Made by a program: the position numbers and the translations under genes. From NCBI GenBank assembly GCA_039810425.1, contig JBDHWW010000026.1, positions 1 to 41,781 on the forward strand: a stretch of DNA of 41,781 nucleotides. The letters are read 5' to 3'. The notes under the pieces were generated by a model. The model searched no databases and was not told the origin of the DNA. It worked only from the letters and a program-made list of their open reading frames with translations. This document shows, in pieces, positions 1-8,381 of this stretch. The stretch is from Pseudobdellovibrionaceae bacterium. GTDB lineage: Bacteria > Bdellovibrionota > Bdellovibrionia > Bdellovibrionales > Bdellovibrionaceae. Each line of letters begins with the position of its first letter. The first letter of the stretch is position 1.

Positions 1-340
1 TGGAAGGGTTTTGGGGAACTCCATGTCGCGCCTATTAAGCTTGGCACGCTAACGCCAGTCAAGTGGATATGGAGGTAAAATTTTATATTTTTTACTGAGC
101 ACTCCCTGCCAAGTGGTGGCCCGCGCTGAAATCTATGAAAATGTGTGGGGGCCAGACCTTGCGAACACCAGCCGGCTCGATACGCAGCTCTACAATTTAA
201 AGAAAAAACTCACCGAGTTTACCTGCAAAATTAAGTCCGTGAATAAAGTGGGGCTGAGAGTCCTGGTTGCAGAATCTACTTTCTTTCAAGAACCGAAGAG
301 GTCGGACCAACAATCACGGTCCCCGGGGCCACGTCTTTAA
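1..340 (+). CDS. Partial OmpR/PhoB-type winged-helix DNA-binding domain (C-terminus of a response regulator), 5' part frameshifted or truncated
   Basis: KILYFLLSTPCQVVARAEIYENVWG...RLDTQLYNLKKKL...IKSVNKVGLR matches the Trans_reg_C pattern. The upstream DMEVK lies in another frame and joins if one A is added to the A-run at 77-80. Confidence 0.7.
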
Positions 341-788
341 ACACGACCGCGTTGGCGCCAATACGACAGCCCTCTCCGAGAGTGATGGGACCTAAGATCT
401 TTGCTCCCGTTCCGATGAGTACATTGTTACCGACGGTGGGATGGCGCTTGACCGGATCAAACTTCACTCCGCCCAAAGTCACACCATGAAAGATGATACA
501 ATCGTCACCGATGATCGCCGTTTCGCCAATCACAACACCCATGCCGTGATCAATAACTAAACGACGGCCGAGGGTGGCCCCTGGATGGATTTCAATCCCC
601 GTCACAAAACGGCCGATTTCCGCCATCAAACGAGCAACGAAGAAAAGTCTTAAGCCATACAACATGTGAGCAATGCGGTGAAAGAAAAGCGCGCGCGGGC
701 CTGGATACAACAAGGCGATCTCCAGCAGTGACTTTGCCGCTGGATCGTACGTCTTGTAGGTTTTTAGAAGCTCCAGAACTCTGTCCAC
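276..788 (-). CDS. cysE: Serine O-acetyltransferase (short form)
   Basis: YDPAA, LYPG, TGIEIHPGA, IDHGMGVVIGET, GVTLGG..KRHPT hexapeptide motifs. Confidence 0.93.
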   Translation of the reverse strand: MDRVLELLKTYKTYDPAAKSLLEIALLYPGPRALFFHRIAHMLYGLRLFFVARLMAEIGRFVTGIEIHPGATLGRRLVIDHGMGVVIGETAIIGDDCIIFHGVTLGGVKFDPVKRHPTVGNNVLIGTGAKILGPITLGEGCRIGANAVVFKDVAPGTVIVGPTSSVLERK

Positions 789-800
789 GGGGTGTCCTTC

Positions 801-1763
801 TTAGAAGCGTTTTTTTAAATCATCCAACATAAAGTAACGGTCAAAGAGCTCATGATACCGCGACCACTTATCCCCCAGATTGCGTTCAGACTCAATAAAC
901 GTCTGGAGCGTGTTCATTTTACTATCAAGATCATCCACCATCGCCACCAACATGGCCTCCATAAACTTAGGGCGTTTCGGAGAACCATACTCCAATTTAC
1001 CGTGATGGCTTAAAATCATGTGTTTACACATATCTTTGAGATCTTCCGGGAATCCCAAAATGCGTGAGGCCTTTTTCTCGACGAGCTCACACGCCAGAAG
1101 CATGTGCCCCAGCAAACGGCCCTTGTCTGTATAACCGAGAGAGCCCTCGTAAGACAGCTCCCACACCTTGCCGATGTCATGGAAAATACCGCCGAAGATC
1201 AGCAGATCCCTATTGAGGAAATCATAGTGCGCTGCCAAGAACTCGAGAATTTTTGAAATCGACAAAATATGTTCCAGCAAACCACCACGCCAAGCATGAT
1301 GGATCGTCTTTGCCGCCGGCGCTTGCACGAAGAGGGGCTTGATCTCAGGATCTTCAATCACATCCAAAGCGAGCTGACGTAGATGCTCACTCTTCATTGA
1401 GCGCACGATCGTGAGCAGCTCCATGTACATGTCATCGACGTTTTTACCTGAGTTCGGAATATAATCTGCAACCTCAACCGTACTTTGATCCGGTTTTTCC
1501 ACGCGATGAACGATGAGCTGCTTGCGCCCTTGAAAAATTTGGATGAGGCCCTTCACGCGAACGACATCACCGGACTCGAACTCGCGATTGAGCTCATCAA
1601 CGCGATCCCAAACGCGGCCATCAATCGCGCCCGTCTGATCACCGATCACAATGCTCATAAAAGGGCGTCCGTTCTTTCCCATGCCGAGGTTTTTTTCTTT
1701 AACTAAGAAAAGGCTGTCGACGTTGTCTTTGTCTTTTAAATCACGGACGTTCTGCTTATCCAT
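801..1763 (-). CDS. yhaM: OB-fold + HD-domain 3'-5' exoribonuclease, YhaM/Cbf1 family
   Basis: N-terminal OB fold (GDQTGAIDGRVWD), HHAWRGGLLEH, FHDIGK, SHHGKLEYGSP. Start set at ATG 1763 (TAATG overlap with the upstream stop). Confidence 0.88.
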   Translation of the reverse strand: MDKQNVRDLKDKDNVDSLFLVKEKNLGMGKNGRPFMSIVIGDQTGAIDGRVWDRVDELNREFESGDVVRVKGLIQIFQGRKQLIVHRVEKPDQSTVEVADYIPNSGKNVDDMYMELLTIVRSMKSEHLRQLALDVIEDPEIKPLFVQAPAAKTIHHAWRGGLLEHILSISKILEFLAAHYDFLNRDLLIFGGIFHDIGKVWELSYEGSLGYTDKGRLLGHMLLACELVEKKASRILGFPEDLKDMCKHMILSHHGKLEYGSPKRPKFMEAMLVAMVDDLDSKMNTLQTFIESERNLGDKWSRYHELFDRYFMLDDLKKRF

Positions 1764-2410
1764 TACTGAGCCTCGCAAAGTAAGTTCCTATACCGGCTAT
1801 CTGTCAGAGTGACTTGAGTAATATAAATGCGATTGTCTTTCATCGCTGAGAAAATGTACCGACCTGCCAGCACCGTCACGTGACGCTGTCTTGTGGTATT
1901 GGCTTTGATACCCTCGCCTTTCATCATCAGCAAAAACTTTGGCGTGATTTCGAAATATTGGTTGCAGCCCGCTCCGAAAATACGCTCGTCGAGCTTGCGT
2001 TTACGAGCGTCGCTGATATAGATGGCTTTAAAGTTAGTTCCCGCCGCGATTTCTTCCGGAAGCTCAAAGCCGACGTAGAAACTGCCTTGATCGCCGGTCA
2101 AATAATTCGCCAGATCGATACCGCCGCCCCCGCGTGGGAGCTCGATCTCAAAACCCGGACGGCGCAGAATATTGGGATTCTTCTCCGTTAGAAATACCTT
2201 TGCTGTCGAATAGAAAATCCCCGCATTGCTGGCCTCAGCGGTCGCTTTGGCATCGGATGACTTTTCGACGAGATCCCAGATCGCGGCCGGCATTTTGAAA
2301 TCTGATGGCAGCTCCTCAATTTTAACCTGCTCTGCATTTTCCGTGTGAAAGCTCGCCGGCTTCGTGCAAGCAGCGGCAACAATGGCTAAAGAAAGGAACG
2401 CCCGCTTCAT
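1763..2410 (-). CDS. Hypothetical lipoprotein
   Basis: Signal peptide MKRAFLSLAIVAAAC with lipobox Cys. Translationally coupled on both sides. Confidence 0.75.
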   Translation of the reverse strand: MKRAFLSLAIVAAACTKPASFHTENAEQVKIEELPSDFKMPAAIWDLVEKSSDAKATAEASNAGIFYSTAKVFLTEKNPNILRRPGFEIELPRGGGGIDLANYLTGDQGSFYVGFELPEEIAAGTNFKAIYISDARKRKLDERIFGAGCNQYFEITPKFLLMMKGEGIKANTTRQRHVTVLAGRYIFSAMKDNRIYITQVTLTDSRYRNLLCEAQ

Positions 2411-4194
2411 GGCGACTCCATTTGATCACGAAGTTCGATGAGCGGCGCGAAATTACTTTCGGCCTCGAAGCCCGCTTTGACCTCCGCTTGCATGCGGACT
2501 TTATCCTTGCGGATATCGGCAATCTGCGCGAGGCCGTAGTGAGCAAGGACATCGCCGAAATCGCGCTCCGCCAGAATCTTATACGCGGCTTCCGCACAGG
2601 CCAAGTCTTTGGATTTCAAACAAGCTTCCCCTTGAACATAAAGAGCCAAGCGGTCTTGTTTGAATTCGGTATTTTGGAATAACAATTGAGCTTCGTTCAA
2701 CCGGCCCAGTTTCGACAAATACTGTGCTTGCGCCTGAAGGCTTGTCAGCAGTTTCGGTCCTTGCGCCAAAGATTCATCCAAAAACTTCGCGGCCTCCATG
2801 TCCCGGTTGCTTTCTATCAGACAAACCCCCCGAACCGCTTTCATGCTCGCCGGGCCTTTACCCGAGCTATAAAGCTCAGAACAATAGCGCTCCAGGTAAT
2901 CCCACTCGCTATTGCGCCAATCAACTCCCAAATCCCGCGTATATAAACGGCTGAGGGCGTGCGGCTCTTCGAGGAAGACACTCACTGCTTCCACCATGCC
3001 ATTGGCATCTTGCAGAAGCTGATTCAGATAGATCATCATCAGCGACAGTTCTTTTCTCAAGAAATGAGACCTGCCGCTGTAGTTTCTGATCGCATCAATT
3101 GTTTTTTGAATCTTATCGCGGTCCGGCTGATTTTTTGAAACTTCCACCAAGGCCATGGCTTTGCACAAAAGTATCAACGGATAAGTCGCCGTGTCCGGCT
3201 TGGCCAAAGCTTCGAATGCTTTGAGCGCATGAGCGTAGTTGCCTTTTTTCAGAAGGATCACCGCTTGATTGATCTTCGCTGTTTCATTATTTGGGTCATA
3301 ACCCAAAGTCTTTTGCAAATACTCTTCAGCCTGGCGCAGATCGCCTTCCATCATATAAGACAGAGCCATTCCGAGTTGCGCATCAACTATTTCGCGGCGG
3401 GTGCGGCCTTCCTTCAAAAGTGCACGCTCGATCACGCGGCGTCCATTCAAACTTTGCCGGTCTTCGTTGATCAGCAAGAAGACCATACTGAACTGGCTTT
3501 CAAGATCCGGCTCGTGAATGCTTGCGGCCTTCTTATAATTCTGCAATGCCAACCGATACAAGCCCATCTCTTTGTAGCGAAGTGCGGAACTAATAAGCTG
3601 GTCATAGCTCAAATCAGATTTCTTTTCTTTGCGCAGATACGTAAAGCCAACAAATATGATCGCGACAACTGCGATCGTAAAAAGAATTCCGCGCAAGACC
3701 ACATTCTGTTTTTGAATCTTGCTTTGAACACGTTGGTCAGACAGCGTGCCGTAGCTCTTTGTCGTGGCTCCCGCGTGCGGGCGCGGAGTTACCGAGTCCT
3801 CCCCTTCTACTGGGGTTACATCTTTGAGCGCAGGCTTCTGCGGGCGCTGAGGCGGAGCCTTTGACGGAGTCACCGGGGTGGCCGTGAATTCGTCAGGCAC
3901 GGTCGGAGCCTCGGTTTTTGTAAACGAACTCGCCCCGACGGTGGCCGTGCTGGTCATGGTGTCTTCGCGCGAATGGTCCTGTTCGTAGCGCAGGGATTTT
4001 ACAACTTCTTTAAAGAAACGATTGTCACGAATATAATTCCAGCGGCCTTCCGGCTGGCGAACTTCGTCGATAATAGTGATTTGCCGGCGGGTCAAAAGAA
4101 CCATCACCTCTTCACGGGTGAAGGGGCCAAGGATCTTAGTGGAAGACTTCACCAACCAGTTTTTGGTCAGGTGATTGTTTTCAGGACCAGCCAT
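2407..4194 (-). CDS. Bitopic membrane protein: N-terminal GYF_2/DUF4339-like domain, Pro/Thr linker, one TM helix, long TPR region
   Basis: WLVKSSTKILGPFTREEV...W motif, TM GILFTIAVVAIIFVGFTYL, repeated TPR helices (LGMALSYMMEGDLRQAEEYLQKTL, AHYGLAQIA). Confidence 0.78.
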   Translation of the reverse strand: MAGPENNHLTKNWLVKSSTKILGPFTREEVMVLLTRRQITIIDEVRQPEGRWNYIRDNRFFKEVVKSLRYEQDHSREDTMTSTATVGASSFTKTEAPTVPDEFTATPVTPSKAPPQRPQKPALKDVTPVEGEDSVTPRPHAGATTKSYGTLSDQRVQSKIQKQNVVLRGILFTIAVVAIIFVGFTYLRKEKKSDLSYDQLISSALRYKEMGLYRLALQNYKKAASIHEPDLESQFSMVFLLINEDRQSLNGRRVIERALLKEGRTRREIVDAQLGMALSYMMEGDLRQAEEYLQKTLGYDPNNETAKINQAVILLKKGNYAHALKAFEALAKPDTATYPLILLCKAMALVEVSKNQPDRDKIQKTIDAIRNYSGRSHFLRKELSLMMIYLNQLLQDANGMVEAVSVFLEEPHALSRLYTRDLGVDWRNSEWDYLERYCSELYSSGKGPASMKAVRGVCLIESNRDMEAAKFLDESLAQGPKLLTSLQAQAQYLSKLGRLNEAQLLFQNTEFKQDRLALYVQGEACLKSKDLACAEAAYKILAERDFGDVLAHYGLAQIADIRKDKVRMQAEVKAGFEAESNFAPLIELRDQMESP

Positions 4195-4203
4195 TTATTT
4201 CCT

Positions 4204-5592
4204 CTATAGCGGCGACTTCGAAGATAAGAGCAGTTTTAAGTCGTCGTTGGTGATAAAAATACCCGCACCGAGGTAACCAGAGCGCGTGTCGGATTTATTC
4301 AACATGTCTTGCATACCGCCCAAGACGTAAACGCCATGGATCAGATTGTACTGCACTTGAGCTCTCAGATTTGCTTGACCAAAGTTGAAGGCTTCAAGTG
4401 ACATACGCAACTTGCGGCGGAAAAAATAGTAATCGACGCCAAAACCACCTTGGTTCTCGATCATCCCGGCCCGGAGGGTGAGGTCATAGAAGTTCTTCGC
4501 AAATAGCAAAGTGAACTTCGTTTTATTGAAATAGGTCTTAGTTTGAGAACTTTCCGTTTCGACTCCGTTGACCACTGTCTTCGCTTTTTCGCGTTCGACC
4601 ACACCGGCCGGGTCGTCGATAATACCCAAGTAGTAGTAGCGATCCAAGCCCGGCTGAATACGGATGCCGATTGTCGATTTGGTTGCTTTCACGTCGCCCA
4701 GGTACTCCGCATGGAAATCGAAACCAGTTTGGATACGGTTCGCCGTTTCCAGCATGCCACTAATACCTTCGATTGTGCTATTGAGGTTATCTACAGTTGT
4801 CTCGTCGTTGACGAGTTTACCGATCGTACCTTCACCGCGATTGATCTTACCTGAAATCTCGTCGACGTTCTTCATGACGGAGTCCAGCCTTTGCAATGAG
4901 GCCACGGCTTTTTTCCAGGACTTTTTGAAACCATCTTCCCCGTCGTCGTTCACAAGGTCACTGAGTGTCGTCGTCACGTCGTGAACCTGATCCACGATCT
5001 CGCCGATTTTTTCTTTGTTATCACCCGTCATCTGGGCGATATCACCCGTCAGTTTTTCAATATTTGAAACGATACGGCCCATGATATGCTTACGGGTCCC
5101 GTCTTCAGTGATGGATTCTTTCAAAGCTTCAGAGACGGACTTCAAAGACGACGAAATCTCAGAGACCTCGCCCACGAGATTGTCCAATGAACCTTTGTCT
5201 TTGACGTTCAGGATTTGCGCGCCATCTGGAAGCGGCGGATCGCCCGGCATCCCGGGATTGATTTCAATGTGCTTATCGCCCAAAATCCCTTGGGCTTGGA
5301 TTTCGACCGCCGCGGACACTGTCAAGTGCACATCCGACTTCACAGTGATATCAACGCGGGCCAGACCGTCTTGCAGGGTGATATCAGAAATCGTACCTAT
5401 GGCGATACCCGCAGTGCGGATCGCGGAGTTCTTAACGAGGCCGCCCGCATTCTTGAGAAGAAACCAGGCTTTCTTAGAACGGCCGAGGTAACTCGGATCT
5501 TCGCTGACTTGCATAGACATAAAAGCAATGAGCGCGCCCACGACTACAACAAGGAGTCCCACTTTGAATTCTGGTGATTTTACCCAGTTCAT
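4204..5592 (-). CDS. mlaD: MCE/MlaD family lipid-transport protein, long form with helical stalk and beta-rich C-terminus
   Basis: N-terminal TM, MCE motif (AGGLVKNSAIRTAGIAIGTI...QGILGDKHIEI), heptad-rich middle with GEGTIGKLVND, alternating beta-strand C-terminus. Follows mlaE-mlaF. Confidence 0.88.
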   Translation of the reverse strand: MNWVKSPEFKVGLLVVVVGALIAFMSMQVSEDPSYLGRSKKAWFLLKNAGGLVKNSAIRTAGIAIGTISDITLQDGLARVDITVKSDVHLTVSAAVEIQAQGILGDKHIEINPGMPGDPPLPDGAQILNVKDKGSLDNLVGEVSEISSSLKSVSEALKESITEDGTRKHIMGRIVSNIEKLTGDIAQMTGDNKEKIGEIVDQVHDVTTTLSDLVNDDGEDGFKKSWKKAVASLQRLDSVMKNVDEISGKINRGEGTIGKLVNDETTVDNLNSTIEGISGMLETANRIQTGFDFHAEYLGDVKATKSTIGIRIQPGLDRYYYLGIIDDPAGVVEREKAKTVVNGVETESSQTKTYFNKTKFTLLFAKNFYDLTLRAGMIENQGGFGVDYYFFRRKLRMSLEAFNFGQANLRAQVQYNLIHGVYVLGGMQDMLNKSDTRSGYLGAGIFITNDDLKLLLSSKSPL

Positions 5593-6350
5593 GAATGCTT
5601 CATTCCTTTAGATACAAATCTCTTAACCAACTCAATATCACTCTTAAAAAAATCCTCAGCTGTGCCACTCAAAAGAACTTTTCCAGCATCCAACATCGCG
5701 ATGTGATCTGCGATGCGAAACGCCGCAGCGAGATCGTGCGATACCATGATAGAAGTCAGTCCTTTCCGGGACTTATGCGTATCCAATATAAGATTATCTA
5801 CCATTTCGGTAAGAATGGGATCTAATCCAGTGGTCGGCTCATCGTAAATTAATATTTCTGGATCTAGGGCGAGAGCTCGTGCTAGACCGGTCCGTTTTTG
5901 CATACCGCCCGAGATCTGGCTCGGCAGTTTGTTGTAGTGCTTTTTGTCCAGCCCGACCTGAACAAGGCGCTCTTCGGCTATGGCCAAAGCCTGGGAGTGT
6001 CTCAACTCGCGACGGTGTTCGTAGAGTGGAAAACAAACATTCTCCAACACCGTCATGTCATCAAAAAGTGCAGCTGACTGAAAAAGCACTCCGAATTTTT
6101 GGCGAAATTTCGTCAGCTCATTCGGTTCCAATTGGCCGATGTCTTGACCGAGCACTTCGATTTTTCCAAAGGTGGGCTGATACAAACCGAGAATGTGTTT
6201 AAGCACCACACTCTTACCGGTGCCTGAGAAACCAATGATCGCCGTCAAACTTCCGCGAGGAATTTCCAATGAAAGACCTTTCAAGACATACTCTTGTCCA
6301 TCAAAGGTCTTTTTAACATCCTGAAGTGAAACGGCCGACGGCGTTTGCAT
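5589..6350 (-). CDS. mlaF: ABC transporter ATP-binding protein, MlaF/Mkl family
   Basis: Walker A GFSGTGKS, FQSAALFD, signature ISGGMQKR, Walker B ILIYDEPTTGLDP, H-loop SHD. Confidence 0.92.
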   Translation of the reverse strand: MQTPSAVSLQDVKKTFDGQEYVLKGLSLEIPRGSLTAIIGFSGTGKSVVLKHILGLYQPTFGKIEVLGQDIGQLEPNELTKFRQKFGVLFQSAALFDDMTVLENVCFPLYEHRRELRHSQALAIAEERLVQVGLDKKHYNKLPSQISGGMQKRTGLARALALDPEILIYDEPTTGLDPILTEMVDNLILDTHKSRKGLTSIMVSHDLAAAFRIADHIAMLDAGKVLLSGTAEDFFKSDIELVKRFVSKGMKHS

Positions 6351-7171
6351 TAATTCATCCCCATTGCGAGATAAAATAGGCGAATCAAGTTACCGGCGAA
6401 ATAGTCCAAAATAATAATCATCACCATACTCTGGACGACACCTTGATTGGTAGCATCTCCGACGCCCCGGGCTCCGCCCTTCGTATTAAAGCCGCGATAT
6501 GTACAAACAATCGCAAATACCAATCCGAAGATCGCTGCTTTAAAAAGGCCTTCATTAATATGCCGAACCTCAATCATGTCACGGATTTTTTGCCAGAACA
6601 CCGCTTCGTCAATCTGCACTAGCTTTACACAAAGTAAATAACTACCCAGCATTGAGATGAAATCAAAAACTGCAGTTAGAAGCGGCATGCAAACGACCGC
6701 GGCAAAAATTCTGGGTGCGATCAAGTATTGTTTTGTATTTACGCCCATCACATCAAGCGCATCGATTTGTTCATTCACGCGCATCGTCCCTAAACGCGCG
6801 GCCATCGCTCCGCCCGCGCGCGCGGCAACAATCAAACCGGTCAACACCGGGCCCAATTCGCGGGTGATACCAAGGGCCACCACCGGCCCCACCATGTTGA
6901 CGGCGTTAAACATTTTAAAGCCCAGGTAAATTTGCAAAGACAAAGCAAGACCCGTGAACAAACCGGTCAGACAGATAATTCCAATCGATTGATTGCCGAC
7001 GAACTCCATGTGCTTAAGTATCTCGTTGTAACGATTTGGCTTTGTAAACATAAGGCGAATGCTGGCCACGGCAAAAAGGGAGATCGAACCGATTTCATCG
7101 ACAAAACCCACGAGCTTGTCGCGAATAAAGCCTAAGATAATATCAACGAAACGGGCCAAGCTCTGAACCAT
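6350..7171 (-). CDS. mlaE: ABC transporter permease, MlaE family
   Basis: RELGPVLTGLIVAARAGGAMAARLGTMRVNEQIDAL and GARGVGDAT signatures. Start set at ATG 7171, just after the alr stop. Confidence 0.92.
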   Translation of the reverse strand: MVQSLARFVDIILGFIRDKLVGFVDEIGSISLFAVASIRLMFTKPNRYNEILKHMEFVGNQSIGIICLTGLFTGLALSLQIYLGFKMFNAVNMVGPVVALGITRELGPVLTGLIVAARAGGAMAARLGTMRVNEQIDALDVMGVNTKQYLIAPRIFAAVVCMPLLTAVFDFISMLGSYLLCVKLVQIDEAVFWQKIRDMIEVRHINEGLFKAAIFGLVFAIVCTYRGFNTKGGARGVGDATNQGVVQSMVMIIILDYFAGNLIRLFYLAMGMN

Positions 7172-7173
7172 AG

Positions 7174-8370
7174 CTAACCGACTCCAAGTTTCTTGGCCCA
7201 TTCGCCAGTAAATACGCGCGGCACGCGTTCGCCCACGCTGGTAAGGATTTCCCAAGTAATCGTTTGTGCATGTTTCGCAAGCTCTTCCGCGGAAAGACTG
7301 TGACCACCGCCATTTTTACCGTCACCCTGCCCGAACAAAATAATTTCTTGGTCCTTAAGCTCATCCAGATTTTGACCTTGAACCACCTCTGTCACATCCA
7401 CCATCAAGAAGTCCATGCAAATGTTGCCAACCACGGGGACCCTTTGGCCCGAAAATAAGACATGCGCTTTATTGGATAGAATACGGTGATACCCATCAGC
7501 ATAGCCGATCGGCACAACCGCGATCGTAGATTTTTTTCGCGCCGTCCAGGTGGCGCCGTAAGAAACGGTTTCACCCGCGGCGAGCTCACGGAAGGCCGCC
7601 GCCACCGACTTCAAAGTCATCGCCGGTTTCAGCGGCAACAACTTTTGATCCGGAAGTGGATTAAAACCATAAATCATCAAACCAGGACGCAACCCCCAGT
7701 TCACGCGATTGAGCGGGTGCTTGGCATCTTTGCCACGCACGGAAAGCGCATTCAAAATTCCCGCAGAAGCCAAGCTGTGCGCCACGGGATTGAGTGTCTT
7801 AAAGATGTCCATCACATGTTCAATACCGGCCAATTGCTCCGCACTGTCACCGGCAACATCAAAAGCGTCTTCGCCGTTATACAAATGGGTCAAAACCCCC
7901 AGCACCCGGATTTTTGGATTTTGCCAACAAACTTCAAATATCTTCTGTGCGTCTTGCGGATGAAATCCCAGACGGTTCATGCCGGTATTAAATTTCAAAT
8001 GAATGCCGATGGCTTTCGTCGCGGCCTCTTGCACCGCTTTAAGCTGTTCCCAGGTCGCAACCACCGGAGTCAGATTGTGCTGAAGCATTTTTTCAGCGCC
8101 TTCGCGGTCAAAACCGCGGAAAACCAGAATCTCGGCTTTCACGCCACCGCGGCGAAGCAACAACCCTTCTTCGATAAGACAAACGCCCAAGTGCTTTGCG
8201 CCGGCACTTTCCAAGCACAATGCAACGCCCACGTCACCGTGGCCGTAAGCATTGGCCTTTACCATTGGGCAGATAAATGGCGCTTGCGGAAAGGCTCTCG
8301 TCAGCACTTCAAAGTTGTGCGCGATGTGATCCAGATTAATTTCCGCAAACGTGCGCCGATACATTTCCAC
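7174..8370 (-). CDS. alr: Alanine racemase
   Basis: PLP-lysine motif VKANAYGHG, HLKFNTGMNRLG, VSYG catalytic Tyr, PIGYADG, GNICMD. Start may be ATG 8364. Confidence 0.96.
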   Translation of the reverse strand: MEMYRRTFAEINLDHIAHNFEVLTRAFPQAPFICPMVKANAYGHGDVGVALCLESAGAKHLGVCLIEEGLLLRRGGVKAEILVFRGFDREGAEKMLQHNLTPVVATWEQLKAVQEAATKAIGIHLKFNTGMNRLGFHPQDAQKIFEVCWQNPKIRVLGVLTHLYNGEDAFDVAGDSAEQLAGIEHVMDIFKTLNPVAHSLASAGILNALSVRGKDAKHPLNRVNWGLRPGLMIYGFNPLPDQKLLPLKPAMTLKSVAAAFRELAAGETVSYGATWTARKKSTIAVVPIGYADGYHRILSNKAHVLFSGQRVPVVGNICMDFLMVDVTEVVQGQNLDELKDQEIILFGQGDGKNGGGHSLSAEELAKHAQTITWEILTSVGERVPRVFTGEWAKKLGVG

Positions 8371-8381
8371 TCAAAGCACCC

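Noticed and set aside
3229..3864. 211-aa plus-strand ORF, and similar shadow ORFs at 5015-5491, 7486-8385, 10134-10850, 16750-17385 and 35997-36581
   Set aside because: They are antisense to well-supported genes, lack recognisable motifs, and are explained by codon bias on the opposite strand.
5589..6700. Apparently lower GC in mlaF/mlaE as a sign of horizontal transfer
   Set aside because: Based on two spot counts only, and the genes are seamlessly coupled in the operon with no boundary features.
7172..7255. N-terminal extension of mlaE in the ORF track
   Set aside because: It overlaps the alr 3' end. ATG 7171, right after the alr stop, is the more plausible start.
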